DNA of 64,000 bases from Chloroflexota bacterium (GTDB lineage: Bacteria > Chloroflexota > Anaerolineae > VGOG01): positions 7,650 through 71,649 of the forward strand of contig VGOG01000003.1 in assembly GCA_016875995.1 (NCBI GenBank), in the 5' to 3' direction. Shown here piece after piece: positions 1-9,496 of the stretch. The notes under the pieces were generated by a model, which was not told the origin of the DNA, did no database searches, and saw nothing but the letters and a program-made list of their open reading frames with translations. The position numbers and the translations under genes were made by a program. Positions within the stretch are counted from its first letter, which is position 1, and every line of letters starts with the position of its first letter.

Positions 1-589
1 CAAAGCCCAGCCCTATGCAGCGGCCGACCAAGAGGGTGACCGCTATTCCGCAAAACCAGCCCCCTATTGTTCCCTCCCAGGTCTTCTTGGGACTCAACCT
101 GGGGAAGAACTTGTGCCGTCCCAGGGATAGACCGATAAAGTAAGCTCCTGTGTCAGCTCCCCAGGTGGAGAGCAGCGTCAGGACCATCCATTCGAACCCC
201 CGCGGGGAGTCTCGCAAGGAGATGAAGTGGCCAGCTATCCAGCCGAGGTACAGCGCGCCGGCCATGGTTAGAGCCCAATCAACGGTCGGGGTAGCGGAGT
301 CCTTCTTGAACATCTGCCAGGATAGGGATAGAACTATCACTCCCGTCAGGGCTGGTCTAGCCAGTTGCCAGGCAGGATAACGGGCGTCCACCAGCAGCAG
401 CCAGATCAGAACCAGGCCCACAAAACAGGAGGGCTTGTAACCGCTCAGCCTCATCAGGTGAAAGAACTCGTAACCCGCTATGCTGGCGGCGAAGACTATG
501 ATGGCGAAAAACCAGACTCCACCTGCGTAAGTGGCCCCCACCACGAGGGGGATTAGGACGATGGCACTTAGAAGGCGCTGAGTGAACAC
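1..589 (-). CDS. cdsA: phosphatidate cytidylyltransferase (partial; C-terminus lies beyond window start)
   Basis: Absent from the ORF track because it runs off the window. My minus-strand translation from GTG (587-589) reads VFTQRLLSAIVLIPLVVGATY...STWGADTGAYFIGLSLGRHKFFPRLSPKKTWEGTIGG. It has the CdsA signature SPKKTWEG and the conserved uppS-cdsA synteny. Confidence 0.85.
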   Translation of the reverse strand, partial: MFTQRLLSAIVLIPLVVGATYAGGVWFFAIIVFAASIAGYEFFHLMRLSGYKPSCFVGLVLIWLLLVDARYPAWQLARPALTGVIVLSLSWQMFKKDSATPTVDWALTMAGALYLGWIAGHFISLRDSPRGFEWMVLTLLSTWGADTGAYFIGLSLGRHKFFPRLSPKKTWEGTIGGWFCGIAVTLLVGRCIGLGF

Positions 590-592
590 CTG

Positions 593-631
593 CTCCAATC
601 TCCAACCTCCAACCTCCAATCTCTAATCTCC
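593..631. repeat. stuttered repeat arm, CTCCAA(T/C)CTCCAA family
   Basis: ctccaatctccaacctccaacctccaatctctaatctcc lies between the cdsA start and the uppS stop. The same unit recurs at 33510-33549 and 62400-62435. Confidence 0.7.
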
Positions 632-1339
632 ACTTATAAGCCCAAACCTACGCTCCCGTCCGCTGTACTCGAGGAGAGCACTATGCAGCTCCTCCTCGTC
701 GAAGTCGGGCCAATATGTGGGTGTGGCATAGTACTCGGCATAAGCACCCTGCCAGATGAGGAAGTTGCTGATGCGCAGTTCGCCAGCGGTGCGGATGATC
801 AAATCCGGGTCCGGCAGCCCAGCCGTGTACAAGTATTGGCTGAACAGGCCCCCATCTAGCCGGTCTGGGTCCACCCCGTTCTCGACGATGCGCCGCACAG
901 CGTCCAGGATCTCGGTTCGACCACCGTAGTTGAAGGCCACGTTCAAGATTATGCGGTCATTGTGCTTGGTCAGTTCGATAGCCTGGCGCACCTTTTGCTT
1001 GAGCTTTTCGGAGATGCCCTCTAGACGACCGATGTGACGTAATTGCACACCGTTCCGGTGTAACTCCGGCAACTCGCGATCAATGGTTTGTTCCAGGATG
1101 CGCATTATGCCTCGCACCTCTGCGCTGGGGCGTCCCCAGTTCTCCGTGGAGAAAGCGTAGAGGGTCAGGATCTTGATGTCGTGCTCGACGCAACTTTTCA
1201 AAATCCGGCGGATGTTCTCTGTGCCGGCTCGGTGGCCGGCCAGCCGTGGCAGGCCACGGGACTGCGCCCAGCGGCCGTTGCCGTCCATTATGATGGCCAA
1301 GTGATGTGGGACTTTAGTCAACTGCGTTATCGTTCCCAT
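623..1339 (-). CDS. uppS: isoprenyl transferase / undecaprenyl diphosphate synthase
   Basis: ORF 623-1423 contains [14 protein letters not shown] and [23 protein letters not shown] moved the start to ATG 1337-1339 (MGTITQL) because the upstream 28 codons are a translated repeat element. Confidence 0.9.
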   Translation of the reverse strand: MGTITQLTKVPHHLAIIMDGNGRWAQSRGLPRLAGHRAGTENIRRILKSCVEHDIKILTLYAFSTENWGRPSAEVRGIMRILEQTIDRELPELHRNGVQLRHIGRLEGISEKLKQKVRQAIELTKHNDRIILNVAFNYGGRTEILDAVRRIVENGVDPDRLDGGLFSQYLYTAGLPDPDLIIRTAGELRISNFLIWQGAYAEYYATPTYWPDFDEEELHSALLEYSGRERRFGLISGD

Positions 1340-1340
1340 A

Positions 1341-1424
1341 GTGGTCAGGTGGTCAGATGGTCCTTGGTCAGGTGGCCAGATGGTCCTTGGTCCGACCATC
1401 TGGCCATGCGGCCATCCGACCATC
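1341..1424. repeat. stuttered palindromic element (GGTCAGATGGTCC units plus their complement)
   Basis: gtggtcaggtggtcagatggtccttggtcaggtggccagatggtccttggtc is followed by cgaccatctggccatgcggccatccgaccatc. It sits between frr and uppS. Confidence 0.7.
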
Positions 1425-1435
1425 AGGGGGGCAAC

Positions 1436-1993
1436 TCAGATCTCCAGGATCTCCTGTTCCTTATCGCGGCCGATCTCGTCCATCCTGGCCACGAATTTAT
1501 CGGTTATTTCCTGTATATCGTCCTTGGCCCGATAGAATTCGTCCTCGGAGATCAGCTTCTCGCTCTCCAGTTCGCGCAAGTCCTCTACGGCGTCGCGGCG
1601 AATGTTGCGGATGGCTACCTTTCCTTCTTCGACCCGCCTGCCTACAACCTTGACCAACTCCTGGCGTCGCTCTTCAGTCAGACGAGGGATGGTCAGGCGG
1701 ATGATCTTGCCATCGTTGGAAGGGGTCAGCCCCAGATCCGATTTCAGGATGGCTCTCTCGATGTCGGCCAGGGCACTAGGGTCCCAGGGGCGGATTGCCA
1801 GTAGCCGTGGCTCAGGGACGGAGATAGTTGCCAATTGGTTGAGGGGGGTAGGCGTGCCGTAGTACTCCACAGGCAGCCGCTCCACCAGGGCCGGGGAAGC
1901 CCGTCCGGTCCTGATGGTCACCAGGTTATCTCGGAGAGCGTCCACTGCCTTGTTCATCCTATCCTCGGTCTCTTTAAGCAGGTCTTTGATCAT
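1436..1993 (-). CDS. frr: ribosome recycling factor
   Basis: [37 protein letters not shown] is a typical RRF N-terminus. Start set at ATG 1991-1993, preceded by GGGAGG. Confidence 0.93.
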   Translation of the reverse strand: MIKDLLKETEDRMNKAVDALRDNLVTIRTGRASPALVERLPVEYYGTPTPLNQLATISVPEPRLLAIRPWDPSALADIERAILKSDLGLTPSNDGKIIRLTIPRLTEERRQELVKVVGRRVEEGKVAIRNIRRDAVEDLRELESEKLISEDEFYRAKDDIQEITDKFVARMDEIGRDKEQEILEI

Positions 1994-2029
1994 GGCTAAG
2001 CACCTCCCACTGAGTAACGGGTACAAAAG

Positions 2030-2746
2030 CTATCTGCTGATGATCGTGCCCACTGACTCACCGAGGACGGCTCGCTCGATGCTCTTTGGTTCCCAGAGGT
2101 TGACGACGATGATGGGGAGGTCGTTGTCCATGCACAAAGAGATAGCTGTACTGTCCATAATTCTCACTCCCATGTTCAGGGCGTCAATGTAGGTCAGGTG
2201 ATCCAGTTTCCTGGCCAGAGGATCGAGGTGGGGGTCGCTCTCGTAGACGGCGTCAACCTTGGTGGCTTTGATCAGAACCTCAGCGCCAATCTCCATAGCT
2301 CGCAGGGCAGCGGCCGTGTCGGTGGTGAAATAGGGGTTACCTGTTCCTGCCCCAAGGATGACGACTCGGCCTTTCTCCAGGTGGCGGGTCGCCCGTAACC
2401 GGATATAGGGCTCCGCGAAGGCTCTCATCTCGACGGCCGTCTGCACCCGCGTGGTTACCCCGATCCTCTCTAAAGCGTCGTGGAGGGCCAGGGAGTTCAT
2501 GACCGTGGCCAGCATCCCCATGTGGTCAGCAGTGGCCTGATCCATGCCATGAGCCAGGCCGTCCTTGCCCCGCCACAGGTTGCCGGCTCCCATGACGATG
2601 GCTATCTGCACATCGTGATCCTTAACTTGGCGGATCTTGTCCGCCACCTTTGCGGCTCTTTCCGGATCAATGCCATATCCTTCGGGCCCGGCCAAAGCTT
2701 CGCCGCCCAGCTTAAGCATGACCCGCTTGTACTTCGCCTCAGACAT
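2030..2746 (-). CDS. pyrH: UMP kinase
   Basis: [12 protein letters not shown]...[12 protein letters not shown]...[17 protein letters not shown], in the conserved tsf-pyrH-frr order. Confidence 0.95.
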   Translation of the reverse strand: MSEAKYKRVMLKLGGEALAGPEGYGIDPERAAKVADKIRQVKDHDVQIAIVMGAGNLWRGKDGLAHGMDQATADHMGMLATVMNSLALHDALERIGVTTRVQTAVEMRAFAEPYIRLRATRHLEKGRVVILGAGTGNPYFTTDTAAALRAMEIGAEVLIKATKVDAVYESDPHLDPLARKLDHLTYIDALNMGVRIMDSTAISLCMDNDLPIIVVNLWEPKSIERAVLGESVGTIISR

Positions 2747-2897
2747 TGCGCTCCTCTAACTTGTCGAACGGCCTTGGCGCGTCCTCCGATATCCCGCAGG
2801 CAGGCAGCGCCATTCGGTTAAAATTCGGTGAACTCGCGCCGTCTCAGCCCTGCCAGATCTAGCTCTCCCGTCAAACAGCGCCACAGCCTGCTGGCCC

Positions 2898-3524
2898 TCA
2901 ATTTCGATGGCCTTGATAATTCGTGCCATCCTCACCTCCCAACTCAAACCTCGCGAAGCGCCGCACCACGATGTTCTCGCCTAACTTAGCAATCATTTGG
3001 GTGAGCAGATCCTGGACGGTCAGGTCATCGTCTTTGATGAAGGACTGTTTCATGAGACAAACTTCCTGGTAATACTTCTGTAGTTTGCCTTCCAATATCC
3101 TCTCTACTACACGTTCAGGTTTGCCCAAATCCCTCGCCTGGGTCCGGTAAATCTCCTTTTCCTTCTCCAGCACATCAGGAGGGATGTCCTCAGGGGTCAG
3201 ACAGAGGGGATTGGTAGCCACGATCTGCATGGCCAGATCGTGGGCCAGTTCCTTGAACCCTTCGAGCCTGGCCACGAAATCGGTCTCACAGCCCAGCTCG
3301 ATGAGGGCCCCGACGCGGCCGCCAGCGTGAACGTAGGCTTCGATGAGGCCTTCTTTCACTTCCCGGTCGGCTTTCTTGGCGGCGGTAGCCAACCCCTTCT
3401 CTTGCAGAAAGGCTTTGGCCTTCTCCAGGTCGCCACCGCTGGCCTCCAGAGCCTTCTTGCAATCCAGCACCCCGGCCGCTGTCGCCTCGCGCAGCTCTTT
3501 TATCATTGACGTTGTGATCTCCAA
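2898..3524 (-). CDS. tsf: translation elongation factor Ts (short form)
   Basis: (M)EITTSMIKELREATAAGVLDCKKALEASGGDLEKAKAFL, ending ...VRRFARFELGG. TTG start. Confidence 0.92.
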   Translation of the reverse strand: MEITTSMIKELREATAAGVLDCKKALEASGGDLEKAKAFLQEKGLATAAKKADREVKEGLIEAYVHAGGRVGALIELGCETDFVARLEGFKELAHDLAMQIVATNPLCLTPEDIPPDVLEKEKEIYRTQARDLGKPERVVERILEGKLQKYYQEVCLMKQSFIKDDDLTVQDLLTQMIAKLGENIVVRRFARFELGGEDGTNYQGHRN

Positions 3525-3566
3525 TTGAATCTTTACCTCCTCGATGGATTGATGTTGATTTCTGAT

Positions 3567-4388
3567 CTACTCTTCTTCGTCGTCCGGTTCCTCTTCCTCG
3601 AACTCGAGTTCGCCTGATTTGAGCTTGGCCAGGGTAGCAGCACCCAGGTATTTCTCGGCATCGAATTCCATCTCTAGCTCTTCTTCCTCAGGCGCGAGGG
3701 ATGCTCGCATATTCTGCCCCTCGATGACCGCATCGGCGATCTTGGTAGTGACGAGTTTTAGAGCTCGGATGGCATCGTCGTTGGCGGGGATGACGTAGTC
3801 AATATGATCCGGGTCGCAGTTGGTATCCACCATGGCCACAATCGGTATGCCGAGTTTGTTGGCCTCTTTCACCGCGGTGGCTTCGCGTCGCACATCGGTA
3901 ACGAAGAGCACGTCGGGCAAGTGTCGCATGTCCTTGATGCCACCTAAGCGCTGATTCAGCTTGGCGATCTCTTGCTGCAGTTGCAAGGCTTCCTTCTTGG
4001 TAAGTCGCTCGAAATCCCCTCGTTGCTGGCGTTCTTCCAGGTTTGACAAGTAATCTATTCGTTGGCGTATGGTGCGCCAATTGGTCAGGGTTCCCCCCAG
4101 CCAGCGCTGGTTGACGTATGGCATGCCACATCGCTGGGCTTGTTCGATAAGACTCTCCTGAGCCTGCCTTTTGGTACCTACGAAGAGGACAATGCCTCCT
4201 TCACTGACGGTATCCCTGACCGCATTGTAGGACTTATCCAAGGCGGTTATGGTCTGCTGCAGGTCAATGATGTGGATGCCGTTGCGCTCAGTGTAGATGT
4301 AGGGTTTCATCTTCGGATTCCAACGTCCTGTGCGATGCCCAAAGTGCACCCCCGTCTCCAATAGCGCTTTCATCGAAATTACAGCCAC
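3567..4388 (-). CDS. rpsB: 30S ribosomal protein S2
   Basis: [26 protein letters not shown], with an acidic C-terminal tail. GTG start preceded by AAGGAGG. Confidence 0.95.
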   Translation of the reverse strand: MAVISMKALLETGVHFGHRTGRWNPKMKPYIYTERNGIHIIDLQQTITALDKSYNAVRDTVSEGGIVLFVGTKRQAQESLIEQAQRCGMPYVNQRWLGGTLTNWRTIRQRIDYLSNLEERQQRGDFERLTKKEALQLQQEIAKLNQRLGGIKDMRHLPDVLFVTDVRREATAVKEANKLGIPIVAMVDTNCDPDHIDYVIPANDDAIRALKLVTTKIADAVIEGQNMRASLAPEEEELEMEFDAEKYLGAATLAKLKSGELEFEEEEPDDEEE

Positions 4389-4524
4389 TTTTCTTTTCCT
4401 CCTTACTTACGTTTTTGGTCTTCCACCCTTTTCATCCTGACGAGGGGCCTGTCTAGCCGCCGTATGCTAAGTTGGCACGTCTTCGTCAGTCAAAGGGTGT
4501 GCTTAATTGGAAACTTCAGGTAAA

Positions 4525-4553
4525 AGTATAGCACATACTTGGCTATCAGGCAA
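4525..4553 (-). promoter_or_regulatory. sigma70-like promoter for rpsB-tsf
   Basis: On the minus strand: TTGCCT-17 nt-TATACT with an extended TG (tgtgcTATACT). Confidence 0.45.
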
Positions 4554-4562
4554 GTCGGCGGT

Positions 4563-4591
4563 TTGAGATTTCAACCTGTTTGTGCTATACT
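4563..4591 (+). promoter_or_regulatory. sigma70-like promoter for the Trm112-family gene
   Basis: TTGAGA-17 nt-TATACT with the same tgtgcTATACT extended -10. It is divergent from the rpsB promoter. Confidence 0.45.
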
Positions 4592-4623
4592 ATTGGTGAT
4601 TTTGAATCGAGGAGGAACGTAAA

Positions 4624-4836
4624 ATGGTGAGCCAAGACCTGTTAGACATCCTGCGTTGTCCTGCCTGCGTGCGGAATGGCCCCGACGCTGGCCTCCTTGA
4701 CTTTATTAAGGAGCAGTGGCTCGTCTGCCGGGATTGCGGACGGAAGTACCCTGTCCGCGATGACATCCCGGTGATGCTCATTGATGAAGGGGATAAGTAT
4801 CGCCATGTGGCGGTGGAGGAGTTAGGGGAACCATAA
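4624..4836 (+). CDS. Trm112/YcaR family small zinc-ribbon-like protein
   Basis: LLDILRCPAC...LVCRDCGRKYPVRDDIPVMLIDE is the typical UPF0434/Trm112 pattern. Confidence 0.8.
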   Translation: MVSQDLLDILRCPACVRNGPDAGLLDFIKEQWLVCRDCGRKYPVRDDIPVMLIDEGDKYRHVAVEELGEP

Positions 4837-4850
4837 CGGGAGGCCACACC

Positions 4851-5594
4851 TCAGTGTGAATCGGTTTCCAAGAAACAGATGATGCCATTGGCAATCCCTT
4901 CCGCCACCTTGTCCTGTTGGTTTACGAGGATCTGGCGGTCGGCGGCCATGAAGCCGGTCTCGATGATCGCCGCCGGGGTCTGCGGAGCGATCTCGTAGAA
5001 GGCATGGTACTCGCGCATGTCATAGGTTATGCTATGCTCGTGGAACGATAGACCCGTGGCCGCTTGATACTCCTCTCGCAAGCATTTCACCAGGCGATCT
5101 TCTTCCTCGGGCATAGCACTGTAGAGTACACTGGCTACTTTAAAACCGCTGGCTCTGGGTACGTCGCAAGAGTCGGCGTGGATGGAGACCAGGACATCAG
5201 CTAGATAGCCATCTAATGCCGCATCGAACTCTTCGAGGAGGTCTACTGCGTAGCCTCGGTCCTCCAGCAGGGCCTTCACCAACTGGGCGACGGCCAGATT
5301 GATCTCCACTTCCGTCAGACCATCGGGACAGACGGCCCCTGAATCGTATCCCCAGTGCCCGGCGACCAAGCCGACTCTTTTGGGAGGCCTGGTGGGAGTC
5401 GGCGAGGGAAGGACCCTGGTGGCAGTGGGAATTCTAGTCGGGGTTAGTGTGGCAGGGACAGGCGTTGACCGGGCGGGCCTGGGCTCAGACGCCCACAATG
5501 CATGCAGGATCATGTAGGCGATGGACAAGGCAATGGCAACCATCACCGCTATCAGTATCCTTTGGGCTACTTCCAGCGCCCCCCTTCTCACCAA
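4851..5594 (-). CDS. N-acetylmuramoyl-L-alanine amidase (Amidase_3) with N-terminal TM helix and Pro/Thr linker
   Basis: GLVAGHWGYDSGAVC...LVSIHADS...IIETGFM. A hydrophobic N-terminus is followed by a PT-rich segment. Confidence 0.85.
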   Translation of the reverse strand: MVRRGALEVAQRILIAVMVAIALSIAYMILHALWASEPRPARSTPVPATLTPTRIPTATRVLPSPTPTRPPKRVGLVAGHWGYDSGAVCPDGLTEVEINLAVAQLVKALLEDRGYAVDLLEEFDAALDGYLADVLVSIHADSCDVPRASGFKVASVLYSAMPEEEDRLVKCLREEYQAATGLSFHEHSITYDMREYHAFYEIAPQTPAAIIETGFMAADRQILVNQQDKVAEGIANGIICFLETDSH

Positions 5595-5699
5595 TTCCCC
5601 GAGTCCTCCCCGAAGCGCGCGTCTTCAAGCAACAGGCTTTGCTCAATCATACCTCTGATTTCCAATTTAGTCAATTTCTGCATGGCTAGCCTTGCCGAT

Positions 5700-5728
5700 T
5701 TGCGCTTATCAAACTTTTGTGGTAAACT
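5700..5728 (+). promoter_or_regulatory. sigma70-like promoter
   Basis: TTGCGC-17 nt-TAAACT with an extended TG (tgtggTAAACT). Confidence 0.4.
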
Positions 5729-5734
5729 TGTTCG

Positions 5735-5955
5735 CAATGGAGGTTATAGGAGCAATGATCGTGTTGTTGCATCACCGCCGCATCTGAGGGGCGGCCTGGG
5801 GCGCCGGTTGGCGTCCGCAGGCCGGCTTGCATACGCCAGAGGCTTCAGCCAGGCTCAGACCAGGAGGCGGTGATGTGACCGCGCCCTGAGTCTGGACGTG
5901 GTGTCCCTCCTGGGGCAATTGCCGCCGCTGGCGTGTGCCGGCGGCGGTTTTTTTG
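5735..5955 (+). ncRNA. unassigned structured RNA or leader ending in an intrinsic terminator, upstream of yedE
   Basis: A 10-bp long-range helix pairs CATCACCGCC (5771-5780) with GGCGGTGATG (5866-5875) and encloses nested GC-rich hairpins. It is followed by a strong terminator. I could not match it to any known RNA class by eye. Confidence 0.3.
5921..5955 (+). terminator. rho-independent terminator
   Basis: ccgccgctgg/ccggcggcgg forms a stem of about 10 bp, followed by TTTTTTT (5948-5954). Confidence 0.7.
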
Positions 5956-6012
5956 TTGCCCACACTGCGCTCCCCGGACCGCGTGGAGATCATATTTCAG
6001 GAGGTTTGTACC

Positions 6013-7119
6013 ATGTCCGAACGTCTTACCCGTTTCTTTGCCTCACGTTGGGGCATCGTCCTGGCCGGAGTCGCCATCGGCGTCCTGGCCCCGCTCTTGC
6101 AGAAGGCCGGCAACCCCCAGAACATGGGCATCTGCGTGGCCTGCTTCGAGCGGGACATCGCCGGGGCGCTGGGGCTGCACCGCGCCGCTGTCGTCCAGTA
6201 CATCCGCCCGGAGATCATCGCCTTCGTCCTGGGCGCGACCATTGCGGCGCTCCTCTTCCGCGAGTTCAAGCCCCGCGCCGGCTCCGCCCCCATCGTCCGC
6301 TTCGTCCTGGGCGTGTTCGCCATGATCGGCTCACTGGCCTTCCTGGGCTGCCCCTGGCGGGCGCTCCTGCGGCTGGCTGGTGGTGACCTGAATGCCATCC
6401 TGGGCCTGGCCGGGCTGGTCACCGGCGTTACCATCGGCGTCCAATTCCTCAAAGCTGGCTACAACCTGGGCCGCTCCTCCAAGACCTATGCCGCTGTTGG
6501 CTGGATCATGCCGGCCACGATGATCGGCCTGCTCTTGCTGCGCATCTTCGCTCCCAAGTTCAGCGCAGATGGCGCCATCTTCTTCAGCGAGAAAGGCCCC
6601 GGCTCGCTCCACGCGCCACTGCTAATCTCTCTGGGCGCAGGGCTAGTCATCGGCTTCCTGGCCCAGCGCACCCGCTTCTGCACCATGGGCTCCATCCGCG
6701 ACGTCCTGCTGATGGGCGACACCCACCTCATCAGCGGCGTCGGTGCGCTGCTGGTAGTGGCTTTCATCACCAATTTGCTCCTGGGGCAGGTGAACTTCGG
6801 CTTCTTCGGCCAGCCGGTGGCCCACAGCAGCTACCTGTGGAACTTCCTGGGGATGGTGCTGGCGGGCCTGGCCTTCGCCCTGGCTGGTGGCTGTCCGGGC
6901 CGGCAACTGTTCCTCTCCGGCGAAGGAGACGGCGACGCAGGGGTCTTCGTCCTGGGGATGATCACCGGTGCAGCCTTTGCCCACAACTTCGCGTTGGCCG
7001 GCAGTCCCGATAACGTCGCAGACGGCATCGTGGGCGGTATCTCGCCCTACGGGATGGCTGCCGTGCTCCTGGGGCTGGTGGTCTGCCTGGTCATCGGCTT
7101 GACCATGCGCGAGAAGTAG
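6013..7119 (+). CDS. yedE: YedE/YeeE family selenium/thiosulfate-related membrane protein
   Basis: MSERLTRFFASRWGIVLAGV...GNPQNMGICVACFERD...RTRFCTMGSIRD...GGCPGRQ, with multiple TM helices. Start at ATG 6013 after AGGAGG. The track ORF 5935 is an upstream extension. Confidence 0.85.
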   Translation: MSERLTRFFASRWGIVLAGVAIGVLAPLLQKAGNPQNMGICVACFERDIAGALGLHRAAVVQYIRPEIIAFVLGATIAALLFREFKPRAGSAPIVRFVLGVFAMIGSLAFLGCPWRALLRLAGGDLNAILGLAGLVTGVTIGVQFLKAGYNLGRSSKTYAAVGWIMPATMIGLLLLRIFAPKFSADGAIFFSEKGPGSLHAPLLISLGAGLVIGFLAQRTRFCTMGSIRDVLLMGDTHLISGVGALLVVAFITNLLLGQVNFGFFGQPVAHSSYLWNFLGMVLAGLAFALAGGCPGRQLFLSGEGDGDAGVFVLGMITGAAFAHNFALAGSPDNVADGIVGGISPYGMAAVLLGLVVCLVIGLTMREK

Positions 7120-7136
7120 AAACTGGAGGTGTGACA

Positions 7137-7346
7137 ATGGCTAAAGTGGTAGATGCTCGTGGCTTCTCCTGCCCTCAGCCGGTCATCCTGACCAGGAGGG
7201 CCATCCAGGAAGGCCAGTTCCCCATCGAGGTGCTGGTGGAGACCGTGACCTCGCGTGAGAACGTGCGCCGCGCGGCCGAGAAACTCGGCTGCCAGGTCGA
7301 AGTCGAGGAGATGGGGGGCGAGCTCAAACTAACGATCACGAAGTGA
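7137..7346 (+). CDS. yedF: TusA/SirA-like sulfurtransferase (YedF-type)
   Basis: MAKVVDARGFSCPQPVILTRRAI contains the CPxP active-site motif. It lies directly downstream of yedE. RBS GGAGG at 7125-7129. Confidence 0.85.
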   Translation: MAKVVDARGFSCPQPVILTRRAIQEGQFPIEVLVETVTSRENVRRAAEKLGCQVEVEEMGGELKLTITK

Positions 7347-7398
7347 TAGCCGCAGGTGCCGGGCACTTGCCAAGTGCCCGGCACCTCTGGAGGTACAG

Positions 7399-8553
7399 AT
7401 GATTTATCTCGACAACGCTGCCACCTCCTGGCCGAAGCCGCCGGGCGTGGCCGAGGCGATGGTTCACTTCATGAACGAGGTGGGGGCTAACCCGGGCCGC
7501 TCTGCTCATCGCCTGGCGGTGGAGTCCGGGCGCATCGTGTACAACACCCGCGAGGCAGTGGCTGAGCTGTTCAACGCGCTGGACCCGCTGCGAGTGGTTT
7601 TCGGCTTCAACGCCACCGAGGCCCTCAACCTGGCCCTGTGCGGCCTGCTGCGCCCAGGCCATCACGTTATCACCAGCAGCATGGAGCACAACTCGGTGAT
7701 GCGCCCCCTGCGCGCCCTGGAGCGGCAAGGGGTAGAGGTGACAGTCGTGCAGTGCTCACCGCAGGGCTTCCTTGATCCATCTGACGTGGAGGCGGCGATC
7801 CGAGTCAACACAGTGATGATCGTCCTCAACCACGCCTCCAACGTGGTGGGCACCATCCTTCCCATCGCCAAGGTGGGGAAGATCGCCCGCCGCTACAACT
7901 TGCTCCTCCTGGTTGATGCCGCCCAAACGGCGGGAGCTTATCCCATGGACGTGGAAGCCGACAAAATTGACCTCCTGGCCTTCACCGGCCACAAGTCCCT
8001 CCTCGGCCCGATGGGAACGGGTGGGCTCTACATCGGTGAGAGGGTGAACCTGAGGGAGTTAGAGCCACTCGTGCGTGGGGGAACGGGAAGCCGCTCTGAG
8101 TTGGAAGAGCAACCCAACTTCCTGCCCGATATGTGCGAGAGCGGCACGATCAACGCCGTGGGGATAGCGGGGCTTCTGGCAGGCGTCCGCTTCGTCTTAG
8201 AGCGAGGCGTGGACGACATACGCCGTCATGAGATGGAGTTGATCCAAAGGCTCATCGAGGGTCTCTCAGCGATAGCGGGTGTTACCGTCCACGGCGGTCA
8301 CGACGCCCGGCGCCAGACGGCCACGGTCTCCTTCAACGTCGTCGGGATGGAGCCTTCGGAAGTGGGGCTACGGCTGGACGAAGAATATAGCATCATGTGT
8401 CGGGTGGGATTGCACTGCGCCCCTGCTGCCCACAAGACTATTGGCACTTTCCCGGTCGGCACGGTGCGCTTCGGGCTGGGAGCCTTGAACACACTGGAGG
8501 AAGTGGACATCGCCGTGGCCGCCGTGGACGCAATTGTCCAGGAGGCACGATGA
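7399..8553 (+). CDS. class V aminotransferase: cysteine desulfurase / selenocysteine lyase family
   Basis: IYLDNAATSWPKP...FTGHKSLLGPMGTGGL (PLP lysine)...HCAPAAH. Confidence 0.9.
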   Translation: MIYLDNAATSWPKPPGVAEAMVHFMNEVGANPGRSAHRLAVESGRIVYNTREAVAELFNALDPLRVVFGFNATEALNLALCGLLRPGHHVITSSMEHNSVMRPLRALERQGVEVTVVQCSPQGFLDPSDVEAAIRVNTVMIVLNHASNVVGTILPIAKVGKIARRYNLLLLVDAAQTAGAYPMDVEADKIDLLAFTGHKSLLGPMGTGGLYIGERVNLRELEPLVRGGTGSRSELEEQPNFLPDMCESGTINAVGIAGLLAGVRFVLERGVDDIRRHEMELIQRLIEGLSAIAGVTVHGGHDARRQTATVSFNVVGMEPSEVGLRLDEEYSIMCRVGLHCAPAAHKTIGTFPVGTVRFGLGALNTLEEVDIAVAAVDAIVQEAR

Positions 8554-8777
8554 CTGGCAAACCATACGCCGTCATCCTGGTCCACTCCACCAGCCACGCT
8601 ATTCGGGCTGAGAAGGCCCTGCACCAGGCAGGAATTCGCTGCAAGTTGATCCCCGTCCCCCGCCACCTCAGTTCCGACTGCGGGGTGTGCGTCCGAATCG
8701 AGCGGGCCGATCAACAGGCAACCCTTCAAGCACTGCAAGCTGCCCGCGTGGAGTTAGAGGGAATTCACGAGATCTGA
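8550..8777 (+). CDS. DUF3343 family protein (putative S/Se carrier)
   Basis: MTGKPYAVILVHSTSHAIRAEKALHQAGIRCKLIPVPRHLSSDCGVCVRI. Its start overlaps the upstream stop (ATGA). The track lists only a longer upstream extension (8397). Confidence 0.75.
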   Translation: MTGKPYAVILVHSTSHAIRAEKALHQAGIRCKLIPVPRHLSSDCGVCVRIERADQQATLQALQAARVELEGIHEI

Positions 8778-8797
8778 GGAGAAAAGTCGTACTTTCA

Positions 8798-9103
8798 CTA
8801 CTCGGCTCGCCTTGCCGCCAGGTGGTAAGCCTCGAATCCCGTCCGTCTGGCAATGGCAATCATCCAGACGATAAGGTTTGTCTCATCTACACGATAGACG
8901 ATGCGATAACGTTTGCCGCCGAAGTAGAGGGAGCGATACCCCGTCAGGTCAATGCCGTACTTATGGCCCAGAGGTTTGCCAGCGAAGGGATGGCTTTGCA
9001 GTTTACGGAATTGTTTAGCTGCTTGCCTCTGTAAAGCTTTGTCCAGAGTGGCCAGGTCGGAGCGGACATCAGGGTGAAGCTTCACCTGATATTGGGTGCT
9101 CAT
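8798..9103 (-). CDS. type II toxin, RelE/ParE superfamily
   Basis: About 100 aa: ...FRKLQSHPFAGKPLGHKYGIDLTGYRSLYFGGKRYRIVYRVDETNLIVWMIAIARR. It abuts the upstream antitoxin gene. Confidence 0.8.
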   Translation of the reverse strand: MSTQYQVKLHPDVRSDLATLDKALQRQAAKQFRKLQSHPFAGKPLGHKYGIDLTGYRSLYFGGKRYRIVYRVDETNLIVWMIAIARRTGFEAYHLAARRAE

Positions 9104-9104
9104 T

Positions 9105-9392
9105 TCACGCCTCGATGCCCAACTCCTGCAGCACGTCGTCCAAGTCCAGATACTTTTCCGGCCCGACCTGCTCCCGTGTCTCGATGAGGCGCGCCAGGGC
9201 GATATGCTCCATCATTTCTTCTAACGCCAGTAAACGCTTGTACTCTTCCAGGCTGATGAGCACCGCTTCGATCTTTCCCCGGCGTTGGATGAACCACCGT
9301 TGCTCCGCTAGCTTATCCAGCAGGCGGGGAAACTCAGCCGTTGCCTTAGTGCTGGTGATCAGCTCGTTGGGAGAGAGCAATGGTTCAGCCAT
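9105..9392 (-). CDS. type II antitoxin, Phd/YefM-like
   Basis: MAEPLLSPNELITSTKATAEFPRLLDKLAEQRWFIQRRGKIEAVLISLEEYKRLLALEE. Start set at ATG 9390-9392. It ends 1 nt before the toxin start. Confidence 0.7.
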   Translation of the reverse strand: MAEPLLSPNELITSTKATAEFPRLLDKLAEQRWFIQRRGKIEAVLISLEEYKRLLALEEMMEHIALARLIETREQVGPEKYLDLDDVLQELGIEA

Positions 9393-9496
9393 TGTAATGC
9401 TCCTTTTTATCGCTATTTTAGATGGACTTTTTAATCCAGTTAAAATTATATCTAAAATCTGGTGAATAGTCAAGTGGAAAATTCAAAGGAGAATGT

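Noticed and set aside
1340-1423. N-terminal 28-codon extension of uppS ([28 protein letters not shown])
   Set aside because: It is simply the translation of the stuttered palindrome at 1341-1424. The conserved UppS sequence begins at the internal ATG.
2756-2947. 63-aa minus-strand ORF between pyrH and tsf
   Set aside because: It overlaps the tsf 3' end and has no RBS or recognisable family. It is probably non-coding spacer.
5735-5955. Identification of the yedE-upstream RNA as tRNA-Sec, SRP RNA, RNase P RNA or 6S RNA
   Set aside because: It has no GGTTCGA-type T-loop or UCA anticodon arm, no SRP domain IV motif, and no GGAAAGTCCGG P4 core. A 6S-like fold cannot be judged by eye, so it stays unassigned.
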